NCBI GenBank assembly: GCA_023213395.1
Contig: CM041465.1
Coordinates: 181,605,741-181,669,740 of the forward strand
Origin: Cycas panzhihuaensis
Lineage: Eukaryota > Plantae > Cycadophyta
Direction of reading: 5' to 3'
Length of the DNA stretch: 64,000 nucleotides
Shown one piece after another: positions 51,880 to 64,000 of this stretch. Made by a program: the position numbers and the translations under genes. Within the stretch, counting starts at the first letter, position 1; the number at the start of each line of letters is the position of its first letter. The notes beneath the pieces are model-generated. The model saw only the letters and a program-made list of their open reading frames with translations. It did no database searches and had not been told where the DNA came from.

Positions 51880-52701
51880 TCTTCCAATAATTCTTTTCTT
51901 AGTGGCATTTCTTATTACAAGAAGATCATGTGATATCCCTCTTAGACTTGCTGAAGGATTCGCTTATGCTATGAAAAGGTGGTGGAGTTTGTTTATGAGC
52001 ATTCATTTAAAACTTCTTCTTAAATTGAGAAGCCAAATCTATGCTACTATTTCTACCAACATATCCTTGCATTTGTTGTTCTTCATATAAGAGAAGTTCA
52101 ATAAGCTCCTCCAAAGTAAACAATTGTGCTCTTTTTTCTAGACACAAATTAGTCACAAAGATATGGTAACCTTCATATAGACTATCGAGTATAATGCTCA
52201 CGAGCTCTCTATTCTCAACTTTCTCACTTATTACAATTAATTGATCCCTAATCTTCTTTAATTTTTACAAATGCAAGGAGATAGAGTCATCAACAATCAT
52301 CTTACATGAATAAAGCAAGTTTCTAAGGTAGAAAACTCTTATCTTATTCTTAGTTTCATACATTTCCTAAGAAGTCTACCAAACATCTTTTGATGAAGTC
52401 TTCCCCGGAAGATGAATGATGAGATCATCAACAATAGAAAGGCTAATGACTGCCAATGCATCTCTATCATGATCTTCCCAGACTTCAACATCCTTAGTTG
52501 TTATAGTTAAGGTAGACGATATAGATTCAATTATAGCTTGAGTGGCAGAGATAATTGGCTTTGGTTCCTTCCTTTCAACTATTTTCATTAATTTTGTAAG
52601 TTCCAAAATATTAAAAATTTAAAACTTCTAGATTACATAGTTCCACCATTAAGTTTTTGTATATTCAATAAAACATAACTAGAAATATTAACACTTGACA
52701 T
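51880..52701 (-). pseudogene. Copia gag (DUF4219/UBN2-like) remnant
   Basis: KLNG.NY..(W)KFK start; WEDHDRDALAVISLSIVDDLIIHLPGKTSSKDVW; IILDSLYEGYHIFVTNL...TLEELIELLLYEE. Confidence 0.8.
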
Positions 52702-55700
52702 GGTGAAAAATAATATAAAAAACCAAGTTTGTAAGTATGAGTTTATAAAAGACTTATTGGAATGTAAGGTCTAAGTACAATTTTGGACTTACATAAAAAA
52801 AGTACAATAAAACATAAGATGGTACAATCTAAAATCACTAAAATTGTCAAGTAACAAATGAGTTATGGTGATTAGCCCCTTTTTGGTAACTAAACCCCTT
52901 CCTACATATGACTGAAGGCTAAAAAATCAAGTTGTAGACACTAACTTGATTCCAAAATAATTAAATTATACTTAAGTCTATAGTAAAGTGAAAAATACAA
53001 TGAAATAGTTAACTTACATTAAAATTTTTAGCCACCAAAGTTAAAATTATGTTTGCATATATTTATGTGACCCCATAGAGGTCACCTAACCATTTTAAAA
53101 AAAAAGATTTTGAGGTAGATTTCTTCATCTAAAGGATGGATCTACTTATTATTTATATGATCTATACTATTGCATCGAGAATCAATATAAAAGCATATTA
53201 GTTTTTATGAACTTTGAGTAGAAATAGAGTTTAGAGGACTATCCAACATATCATGCTTTTAGAGGTAATTTTCTACCAATATAACTCATTCCAAAGGTAT
53301 ATATTAATTCCAAATCAATCTTAGACTTGTTGCAGCATAACGTTGCCCACAATTTCCCTACCATAAAAATAATGTCCTTCTAATAGAGAAAACCCAAGTG
53401 GGTTTAATTTAAAGTAGGAAGAATCAACAAAAGAGATCAACATTATAGAAATAACATGCTTTAAAATATATGTTAGGATTTAAAAAGTCCTATTTGATGA
53501 ACCATGGGCTATGATACCATGTTGGGAATTTGAGAGAATCAAGGTAATGACTAGCAAATAAATAAGAGCAATGACGCAAATACAATTGCATAATGATTCA
53601 CAAAAAAGAATGTTGCATTAGATCATAAATAAGTACAATGACTCATAGTCTACTCTCCTTATATCAATGCATTAATTTAATCACTATATATTAAATCCCT
53701 TTAATAAGCGTAAGATCACTCTTGATATTAGTATGAACAAAGAATACAAATATAGATTAAGGAAACATCAAGATACAATTATATAATAAGGAAATATCAA
53801 AGTACAACTTATATGTACTCTTGTATGGGAGAAGAGAAATATAGAAATATACCTCTGAAGGGAATCTACATAATGTAACTAAATAATTAATATGAGTAAG
53901 AATTAGATATTATTTTTAACACCCCTTCATAATATGTAATTCATTATCTCTTAGATATAAGAGCCTTTTGATCTTATCATGACTTAATACCTTAGTAAGA
54001 ATATCACAAGTTAAACCTTAGTTAGATAATATATCAACTCAACTATCCTATACTACATTTGCTCTTATACAAAGTGATTTAGGCCAAGTCAGATGAGAAA
54101 TAATTGTACCACGGTCTATTGCTTTATGTTGGCTATCACCACTAAAAAAAATGGATTGGTTATGAATACCTTTGAGTTCACTAAACCATTAATTATAAAT
54201 ATCACTAAACACAAAATCTTTCTTATCATCTATAGATAAAATGGTAGATTTCCCAAATTTTTTTCCATATGCTTTCTTCTTCCAATAGTTCTTTTCTTGG
54301 TGACATTTCTTATTGTAATAAGAACATGTGATATTCTTTTTAGACTTGTTGAAGGATTCACTTGTGATATGAGAAAGTGGCCGAGTTTATTTAGGAGTAT
54401 TTACTAAAAGCTTCTTCTTAAATTAAGAAGCTAAAACCATACTACTACTACTACCAATATATCCTCCCGTTCATTATTCCTTATATAAGAGAAGTCTAAC
54501 AAGCTCCTTAAAAGAAAGTGACTATGCTCTCTTAGATAGACATAAATTAATCATAAAGGTATGGTAACCTACATGTAGGCTATTGAGTATAATGTTCACA
54601 AGCTCCCTATCCTCAACTTTCTCATATATTGCAATTAATTGATCCTTAATCTCCTTTAATTTTTACAAATATAGGAAGATAGAGTCATGAATAATTATCT
54701 TATATGAATAAAGCAAGTTTCTAAGGTACAAAATGATAAAAGCCTTTCAACATTTAGAAATCATATGCTACTAATCAAATATCAAGCTATACTATCAAAA
54801 TAATGTAATGAACACACACATGATAAGAGCAGAATTGAGATAAAACATTTACAGGTGAATTGGTCATCACATGAGGCTTAATTTGGGCAGAGCTTCCATA
54901 TATACTTCAATATTATATACAAAAGAATGATGTAGGGCTTAATTTATAAGAAACTTATCAATATTTCAAGGATTACAATTGGTTGACTAAGCGGCACATA
55001 CAGTAGACCCTACTTGATTATCAAACATGATTAATTTAATAATGTGGGTCACCTTAAGGTATAAAATACACATGATATATATAATATTAACATATATTAC
55101 AAAGACATAAAGGTGATATTATAAAGTTTTAACACCCTCCCTTAATAGCAGCTTTATTTCTTCTGATGTTGAGGTCATGTCTAAACCATTTAAACTTTGA
55201 TTTACTAAGTGCTCTAGTGAAGATGTCCACAATCTAGTCCTTAGTTGGTCAGTAGACGAGATCAACTTCTCTATTTTGAACATGCTCATGGGTGAAGTGA
55301 TGATGGACCTCTATGTATTTGGTTATAGTATGGAATACAAGATTTTTCGTCATCTTCAACACACTTTGATTATCACAATAGAGGATGGTGGGTGTATGTT
55401 GTTGAAGTCCAAGCTCAATGAGAATCCTTCTAAGCCAAATCAACTCTACTATGGCATGGATAAATGCTTTGTATTCTACTTTGATGGAGGAAGGGATAAT
55501 ATTTGGCTACTTCTTATAGCTCCATGAGATTATAACTGGGTTCATATCAAAGCAATAGCCTGGAGTTGAGTGGCAAGTGTCTTGACAACTAGTCCAATCA
55601 GCATTTATGTGTCCCTTCAGGGTAAGAGAGTCAGTTTGGTTATATTTAAGGCTAAATTAATGTGTGCCATATATATATTTGAGAATATTAGTAGTAGATT

Positions 55701-57291
55701 TCCAATAGAATGCTTTAGGCTATGACATGTATCTGGAATAGATCCCAATTGCATATGAGATGTTTAGTCAAGTATGGATGAGTTAGATGAGGCTCCTAAC
55801 TAACTACTAGTACAAAGTAGGATCAAAAGGTTTTCCTTATTTATCTAGGTTTGACTTAGTTCTTATTTCTATAGGAATTATAATAGACTTACATTATATC
55901 ATCCTAAATCTTTGTATGAGCTCATTGACATATTTTATTTGAGTCAAGAAGATGTGGTCTGGTTCTTGCTAAACTTTAATTCTAAGGAAGTAATGGAGTA
56001 ATCCAAGATCTATCATTTTAAAGTTACTTTTCAATTTTGATTGAATCCAAGTAATGGCTTCAGTATCATTGCTAGTGACTGCAAGATCATTCACATAGAG
56101 AACTATGATTATGATCAAGTTATCTCTAATAAGAATGTATAGGTCTAGGTCATAGGGTAAATGATTAAATATATGTTAGTTAAAAAAGGCTTCAATATTT
56201 GTATACTAGGTATGTGGTGCCTACTTAAATCTATATAGGGCTTTCTTGAGCTTGCATACTAAGTGTTCTTGTCTTAGAACAACATAGTTGGGGGGTTGTT
56301 TAAAGAAAACCTCTTCTTTGAGCTCTTCATTAAGGAAATCACTCTTCACATCTATTTGATAGATAAGCCAATTAAATTAGGCTACTAGGGATATAACCAA
56401 ATGAAATGTGGTTATGTTAGCCACTAGTGCAAAGGTCTCATCATAGTCAATCCCCTCTTATTATTTGAAACCTCATGCTACAAGATGAGCCTTGTGATGA
56501 TCAACAGTGCCTTTTGCATGGAATTTTATTTTATATAACCATCTACAATCAATTATCTTTTTTCTAAGTGGTAATTCTATCAGCTTCTAAGTGTTATTTT
56601 TGTTGATAGAGTTTATCTCTTTATCTATAGTTACTTTCCATTTTTGGTCTTTGACTTCCTTCTTAAACATGGAAGGCTTAGGTGTTTCTAGGACACGTGC
56701 TATCAAGGCAAAGTTTGTGGAGTGTCTCATTTTTAAAGGCCTTTTAGTAGTTATGGGAGAAGGAGGAGCATCCTTTAGAAACTGTTGAACCCACTTAGGA
56801 GGTGGCTAAATGCTAATGGCTTCCACTTGAAGGTCATCAACTAAAATTAGTGGTAAAGTTATGCTTGCTTGTGTTATTGAAGTAGAGGCAATTAGAATCA
56901 ATGAAGGACTTAGTGTATGGGAAGATGCTGGTACTAATGGCTCCATAATTTATCCAAGGGTCACTTGAGATGTACTAACTTCATCTATAACTATAAATTG
57001 AGGTCGAGGTAGAGTCAGGTCTTGTGTATCTTCTATAAATATTACATCCTGAGTTATACATACTTAGTTCCTAATAGTGTCAAATACTTTGTAGGCTTTA
57101 TAACTAGGCACATAGCCAAGGAAGATGTATTTTAAGCTCTTATCATCAAGTTTTTTTCTATTCTCCTTTGGAACAAGTTTATATACCATGCATTTGAAAG
57201 TCTTTAAGTGTGCAATAGTTGGTTTCAGTCTTAACCAAACTTCCTTAGGAGTGATGTTTCTAACCACAATAGTGGGATTTATGTTGGTTAG

Positions 57292-59789
57292 TGTTTCCCA
57301 GCTATTGGGAATGGACTCGAGATGCATCGACACAGGTTTGTTCAGGTATATGTTCTTACTTTTCTTACCTGTATTAATTAAGGTAATTTAGAGTAGTTTG
57401 ATTGACATATGCCTGCCTACATGCATTGGTTTGACTGCCTGCTCATAATGCATGTGCCTAATGGCACGCCTTCAGCCTATGACGACTCACAGCGGGGGCA
57501 TTCCTCAGCGAATGCGACACCCCGTATGGCGTACAACCACTCACGATGTCTCCACAGTTTCTCGGGATTATTTCTGCCAGCTTGTTTGTTCTTGTTACAA
57601 TGTGTCACATATGTTGCAGTCCTTCCTAAGTCCAGTTTAACCCTTAGTTAGGGCTCTTTGCATTATTCTGGTACTGCCACCGTCTGGCCTTCCCCGGTGA
57701 TGTAATTCATGTTTAGTCCTTGTTCTTACCTTTAAAAGCTTGATTTTTCTTTTATTTTCTCTTTTTAAATTTTAGGTCGATACCACGGAACTAAGCTGCA
57801 TCTGCAATTTGCCACTGAGACGATCGCTCGAAATTTAAAAGAGAACCACGTGATATCCACGTTTTTCACGGGCTGGCAGCTCGAACGATTGGGCGCCCAA
57901 TGTCTCCAACGTTCACTTACTGTGAACAAGAAATAAAAACCTTTTTTTCACTCATTTGCATCATTCTAAGGCTCATTTTTCAAGACTTCCCAAGAGTAAC
58001 TCTTCACAAAAACATAAGAGAAGAACACAGAAATCAGAGAGCTTCATGTACAGCAGTTGGACAGAGGTGTAGTGGGCTACCATAAGCTGGAGTTACAGGG
58101 CCATTCTTTGCCCCCTCTGATTCTCCACAACAAGTTCCACTCTCCCTTACAAATGCTCAAAGATCCAAGGGATTTCTTCACCAAAAAGGCTACTCCAAGG
58201 ATCAACCTTCAGCTCTCAACTTGCATGGACCTTCTCCCATCTACACTCTAGCAAAACACACTCAGAATCAGCCTCTAGACATTGATTGTTGCTGTTGCTC
58301 CAAGTGGCCAAGTGCATGCATGCATGCCCTCTCTTATCCAAGGTATTTCTTGTTTCTTGTTGGTGCTTTTTCCTTGCTTTTTTTGTTGTTCTACTTGCAA
58401 GCTCTTTTCCCCATTGCATTCACTTTCTTTGATATTTCCTTAGTCATCCAATGAAAGTAATCTTAGCTAGTTGTAGCTTTCCTATAGTGCTACCCTAGAT
58501 TGGGATTATTTCCTTGCATTTCCTTGAGATTCATCCTTTCCCTCTAAGCTATCTCTTTCACCCTTTTCTGAGTTAACCGGTGTAAAGGGTTTCACACGAG
58601 GGTTTGAGGAAGATATGCGGGGTTCCATCCCCCATTTCTGTCCTTCTCCCCAAGGGTTCCGTCCCTTATCCTCTCTCCCTTTACCATCTATGTTTTCTTA
58701 GGAAACGGAGCTAGGGAGGCCTAAGAGAGTTGGTTTGAGTTTTCCCTTTGGTGTAGGTAACCCATCAGTACCCATCTCACCTTGTTGCCTGCTAACGTTT
58801 CCTTCCCGAGCCCCGTGGAGAGCTCCCGTGAGTGAGTTAGCCATCCCGAGGCTACACTCAGTCCCATGTAGCATGTTTTATGGTGCATGACAGTGTATAT
58901 GCTTATCGCGCATTTTTGTTTCATTTTTGCTACGTCCTAGCGTATAACTCAAGTGATTTAGCTTAGTTGATTTCATTTGCATATATATATATATATCTTT
59001 GCTGCTTCGTAGCCTCTCTCCCAGAGGAAGGTGCTCTCCTACTTGTCTACTGAGGATCGCATTGGAGGAGGTGGTGCGCGAGACGAACCCGTTCGGCCGG
59101 CTCCCCACACGGTAATTCTTCCCTTTATCGTTGAGTTCTTTTTTTTTTCGTCTTTTCATTTCATTTGATTCCGCATGTTCATGGGGAGGTAAGTGGACCC
59201 CCTTCGCCACCGTTGGCCAACGTTACATGCGCGGAGGAAAGAGGAAAGGAGTGCAACCGAGAAGGAGAATTCACACTTCAACTTCAACCGCCAGATCCAG
59301 GTATTCTTCGCGTTTCCTTTGTTTTTCCCCTTTTATATCATTCTTGCTTTTTGCACCTGCTTGATAAGTAAAAGATAAGGAAACATAAAGGAAAAAGGGA
59401 AATAGTCTTTTATTTTACATTTACTTTTTCGCATCGTTCCTTTACCTTACATAACATAGGAATAGAAGACCCGTTTACGTTGTATCTCTCAACCACACTT
59501 TACTTCACACCTGTTGCACGTTGGTTTTGTTGCCCTCTCGTTGCCTTCTCATTACCTTGAGAAGCCGCAACGCGCGAGGTTTCCCTCTCCTTCCCGGCAA
59601 TCCGAAGGGTAGGAAGGCCTCGTATTTGCACGGCTACCTGGGAGCAACCAGGCGCCTTGCAGTCCCCGAACCTGCGCTCCGGCATACGGACGCCCTGCGA
59701 GGTGAGATCCTCGTCGCCTAGCCTAGTCAGTGTGGTGTTTTATATCCCTTTGCTAGACGTAGGATCACCGCCCCGCGGAGAGCGTTTCA
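57292..59789 (+). mobile_element. Solo LTR (2498 bp) of a Tat-like family related to 27586-39825, inserted in the Copia integrase
   Basis: TG...CA termini and a perfect 5-bp TSD GTTAG (57287-57291 / 59790-59794). Removing it restores FWAHTNAIIAYLTNINPT...TPKEVW. It starts TGTTTCCCAGCTATTGGGAATGG, like the Tat LTR. Confidence 0.92.
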
Positions 59790-61084
59790 GTTAGGTATGC
59801 AATTATGGCATTTGTGTGAGCCCAAAATCTAGTGGTAAGATTGGCGTCACTAAGCATGGATTTTTCTTTATTTACTAATGTCTAGTTCATTCTTTTGGGT
59901 ATACCATTTTATTATGATATACAAGGTGCTAAAAATTGATGTTGGATACCATGTTCCTTGTAAAAGTTATTGAATTGATTAAAGATATATTTGCCACCAT
60001 TATCAGATTTGAGGGTCTTGATTGTCATACTAGTTTTATTTTTAATTATAACTTTGAACGCTATGAATTTGTCTAGGTCTTGGTACTTGTTTCTTAAGAA
60101 GAAGACCCACACTTTCCTTGAAAAGTCATATATGAAGATCATAAAATATAACCTCTCATTAAGTGATTAGATTGACATGGACCCATAGATGTCTAAGTGG
60201 ACCAACTCTAATAGTGTTGTGGCTTTCCATATATTCTTGGAAGAGAATTTTTCTCTTTGTTATTTTCCCTTTAAGCATGCCTCATATATGCTATTATATC
60301 TCTTGATTTGGGTAAACCATATCTAATTTTAAGTCTAGATATAAGGTATAAGCTTTGCATATTTAAATGACTTAAGCGTTGATGGTATAATTAGTCTTTA
60401 GAGCTATTTGAGATGACAGTGTCCTTTGAATGAGAGCATTCACCTGGTTCCTAATATAAGGGGATTCTTCAATAATTACATCTTTTCCCTTATTAAATTG
60501 AGTTATATTAGCCATTGAAAAGGATTCATTTCATTAGGTAGTGGTAAATGGGACATCATCTAGCCTATATAAACTACTATCTTCATGTCTTATGCCTACA
60601 AGTTTACTGGTTGCATGATCTGTAATTTTACAAATACCCTAGTTAAAGAGGATATTTAGATTTTGCTTGTCTATCTGGCTAATAAAGAGCAAGTTCATCT
60701 TCATTCCTAGTACAAGGAACATATTATTGATATGGTTCCTAATGCTAGAATCTTTCAAGGCTATTAGAGCCCTACTAATTTTGGTTATATCATAAGTCAA
60801 ATTATTACCAAATTAGGTAGGTCTCTTCTAATATCATTTCTAAACTAGTCATGCGTCTAGTTGCATATGAGTCAAGGAGCCATGTATTATCATTAAGCTA
60901 AGAAGCTAGAGTTCCAAAGAATATGTTATGTGATGAGGAATCCTGGTTGTCTCCTACACTACCTCCTTGTTATTGGATGTTTTGCTAGTTCCTTTAATTT
61001 TTGTTAGGGAACTATTGTTTATTCTATGGTCTTTGGCTCTAAGTAGGTCTTGGATTCTAATTCTGTTAGTAGAATTTACCTTGT

Positions 61085-61320
61085 GGTTAAAATGATGGCC
61101 CTTCTTATGGATAGAAAGGGGCTCTTTGTTGTGAAATAAGACCACCTTGTTGGAAATAAGGGGCTCCTTATTATAAAATGGGGCCTCTTTATTATAGGAA
61201 AAGGGCTTCTTGTAGAGGGCATAGTCCTCCTTATTGATAGCTTTGCCTTTGTTATTGGTAGCTTGGACCACCTTATTGATAAGAGGGTGCTCCCTATTGA
61301 TAAAATAAGGTTGTTAGTTG
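61085..61320 (-). repeat. 21-bp (7-codon) tandem repeat in the Copia gag C-terminal region
   Basis: Minus strand reads FYQ*GAPSYQ*GGPSYQ*QRQSYQ*GG...PYFQQGGLISQQRAPF. Confidence 0.75.
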
Positions 61321-64000
61321 AAAATATGGGGCTACTTATTAGAAGATAGGCCCATAAGATTGGCTCCCTTTATTTTACAAGAGTTGTGAATCAACTTGAT
61401 ATCTCCTACATTCAATAGTGAGGTTACTAATTTTTCCATAGTAGAGGTAGGTGACATTATTGTATTGGTTCTTTTATAGTTGAAACTATGGTTGTTGTTG
61501 GGAATGCTATGGTTGCTTAATTAGATTGGAGGAGGTACCAATAGGTTATTACTACTATTGAGTTAGCCACTGTTATAGCTCTTAAGAGATGGTGAGAGAG
61601 TCTAATTATTAAGCTAGATTTTAGTGCTGACTAGGTTGTTGAGTTAGCCTATTGACAATCTTACTTTTTTTGAATTATAGGTTGCAAAGATAAGGGTTGA
61701 GTTAGACGTAGATGTAACTTTAAGTCAAATAAGTATATATTTTTCTCATAGTAAGAGCTCCTCAAAGGTTATGAAGTCTATTTTTGAATAATTATCATAA
61801 AGTTTAGAGACAAAGGAGTTATATTCTATAAGTAAAATATTTAGGATTCTAGATATTAAGTCATGATTTGAAAGTGGTTCACCAAGGATTATAAATTAGT
61901 TTCTAATAGTTTTCACTTCAACTAAGTGGACTATAATAGTGTCTATAAATAATATAGAAAATAAACATGTTTTAAGGGTTAAGGATTTAGATTTCATCAT
62001 TTCTCCCATAGAGGGCACAATGAATAATCCATGCCTCGTGAGATGTTTAGGCTATTTTAATATTTTGGTTCACTTAGTCTTCAATAGCCAAGTGAAGGAA
62101 GGATAAGGCAAAATTATCCTTAACTTTGAAGTTAGCTAAGGCTATATGATTAGTAGGAATCAAGGTGTTAGGGTCATTAGGGTCTTGTATAGGCCTAGAT
62201 AAGGATATGTCTCCATTAACATAGGCCTAAAATTCATTCATGATAAGTAGATTTTTAACTTATTTTTTCTATGGGATGAAATTATTAATCCTATTAAGTT
62301 TAATATTATTAGATAGTATCATTTATGATACCACTTTTCTAAGGTTTTATTTTATTTTATGTCTTTAAGGCGTACATAGTTGTGTACTAATCTACCTATG
62401 GGGTTACTAATCTAGAATTCTAAGTTTTGAGGGTCTCCAAGAAAGTTCTTAGTTATTATCCTATCTAGTAATGCCTGCCTATAAGTGGGAAACTAAGAAC
62501 CTTATATACTAGTATGTGAGCTCAAAGGCTCTATATACCTCAGTACGTAGGCTATAATGAAGGTCTAAGACCCCCCTGATTTATTTCTCCATATGTACTA
62601 GCCTTATACCTAGTGACAGATCTAGTGGTGAAAACTTGACTAACCAAGGCATTCACCCCCTCTAAGTCTAGCTTGGTCTCTAAACTCTAATGGTAAGGTT
62701 TATACCTCAGCCTACCACATATTACACCTTATAGCCAATGGTTTTCTTAGTAAATTAGAATACACTAGTGACATATATGAGGTGGTAACTTTAGAGGTCT
62801 TAACTGTTCTCCTTACAAAGCTAGAATAATGGTGATTAATTAGGGAATTATCTTTTTTAATGTGAGAATATTAATTTTATCGCATGAATTATTACAAAAA
62901 AACTGTTCTTTAAAAAAATAATAACTAAAATATAAGATGAAAATAAAGGAAATTAAAAGACAAGGATGGGTTTAGAGCGCTCTTTGATTGGCCATGTATA
63001 AGAGAGAGTCACTTCAATCTTCCAAGAGTGACACCTACAAAAACTAATACCATGTACTTTATTAACCTTAAAAATAGAAAGACAACTAACTAAAGATTAC
63101 TAATAGCATAAAGTAGTAAAAGAGATTTTGAAAAATTAAAAATGGCCTTTAAAAAGTGAGAAAAAGGCTCAAATAGACTTAAATACTAAGGTCAAATTTG
63201 GTAGCCTATAACTTCAATAAAACGGCTTTAAATTTGGCTTAATTTAATCCTAAACTATAGAGCTCTAAATCCTCTTTATGATGGTCTAAATAGTATGGAA
63301 AATAGACACCCAGTTGCTGAGTTATAGCAAAGGCAATGTAGGTACCTTGTTATGAGAAAAATCTTAAGGAGGATGGGCTTAAGCCCTTTCAGAAATTAGC
63401 CCTTGGTCACCTACATACTATATAGAATCACCTACTGATGTAGCTAAAGGTTTTATAGACCCAAAATATTATCAGATAGAATATGAACTTTTCAATTATG
63501 TAAAAATATTATAAAATAACATAAAGACTTTTGAAGTTTGCCCCTTTTGACAAAGATAAAGGTCAAATGAAAGATGAATACGCTTAGATCTGAGGGGTTA
63601 GCCATCAAATTTTAAAGTAAAAATCAAATACAACTTAATTAAAGTATCTAAAGTCAAATATTAATGAAAAATTATAAAATTATTTGAGGAAAGCTCAACC
63701 ATGGAGGTGCACAACGTATGCATGGATCGTGGAGTGAAATAGAGGATAAAAAGCTCCAAAAAATGACAACAATTTGATCTAAAACTGATGGGGAGGGGGA
63801 TACAAAAGGCATAAGAAGCTAATAGACACTCACGTTTCTTAAAACGAGCTTAGAACAGGTAGAAATAAGTTATAGAGAGTAAGAAGGCTACATGAGCCAG
63901 ACTGGCTAGAGAAGGACTTAAAACTACAAAAAACTTATTTAGATGGACTCCAACAGATTGAGAATGAGGCCAGATAACTATGAGGGAGGAAGATATTACT

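Larger units (their letters stand above)
50543..54733 (-). mobile_element. Tandem array of internally deleted Copia units sharing LTRs
   Basis: Minus-strand order: gag fragment, RNase H tail, PPT, LTR (53921-53520), PBS TGGTATCATAGCCC (53519-53506), leader, gag (52701-51880), RNase H tail (DNLTKAL), PPT, LTR (51581-50557), decayed PBS. Confidence 0.75.
54734..62330 (-). mobile_element. Decayed Ty1/copia element (gag-PR-INT-RT-RH, 3' LTR 54734-55134); a matching 5' LTR was not found
   Basis: LTR TGATAAAA...TTTTAACA with PPT at 55135-55142. RNase H: LYCDNQS, TKYIEVHHHF, DIFTRAL. RT: KAHLVA, DYDETFA, LYVNDL. INT: DFSRKVWVFFL, LKSDNGGKY, KKLDDKS. Gag start KLNRINNFIP(W). Confidence 0.88.

Noticed and set aside
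60954-61271. 105-aa YNKE-repeat ORF
   Set aside because: Probably an off-frame reading of the 21-bp repeat; the Gln-rich frame fits the local C>T stop pattern better.
62979-64000. TGGCCAATCAAAGAGC (minus strand) plus TGTATAAG as the PBS and 5' LTR of the Copia at 54734
   Set aside because: The sequence after 62995 does not match the 54734-55134 LTR and the PBS match is poor; left unassigned.

Overview
Land-plant nuclear DNA, AT-rich and dominated by nested, mostly decayed retrotransposons. There is one intact host gene: a 6-exon strictosidine-synthase-like (SSL/APMAP-type) gene on the minus strand at 40763-42372, 366 aa. From left to right the window holds: a 1.6 kb (TA/TG/CA)n microsatellite; old Copia-type LTR remnants; a full-length RNase H-bearing L1 LINE (12545-18764, 13-bp TSD, poly-A); two minisatellites; a 12.2 kb Tat-like Ty3/gypsy element (27586-39825); the SSL gene; a ~6 kb compound block duplicated ~39.5 kb apart (5590-11170 and 45040-51878); a 5'-truncated L1; a tandem array of deleted Copia units; and a decayed Copia element whose integrase is split by a young 2.5 kb solo LTR. 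The most unusual feature is the Tat-like element. It has gag and protease but no recognisable RT, retroelement RNase H or integrase. Instead it carries an antisense, intron-containing Plant Mobile Domain (PMD, MAIN/MAIL-like) gene arranged head-to-head with a stand-alone archaeal-type RNase H ORF. A GGTACC-centred palindrome is shared between both LTRs and the spacer between those two ORFs. All calls come from manual reading and translation; no database search or alignment program was run, and identity figures are eyeball estimates.
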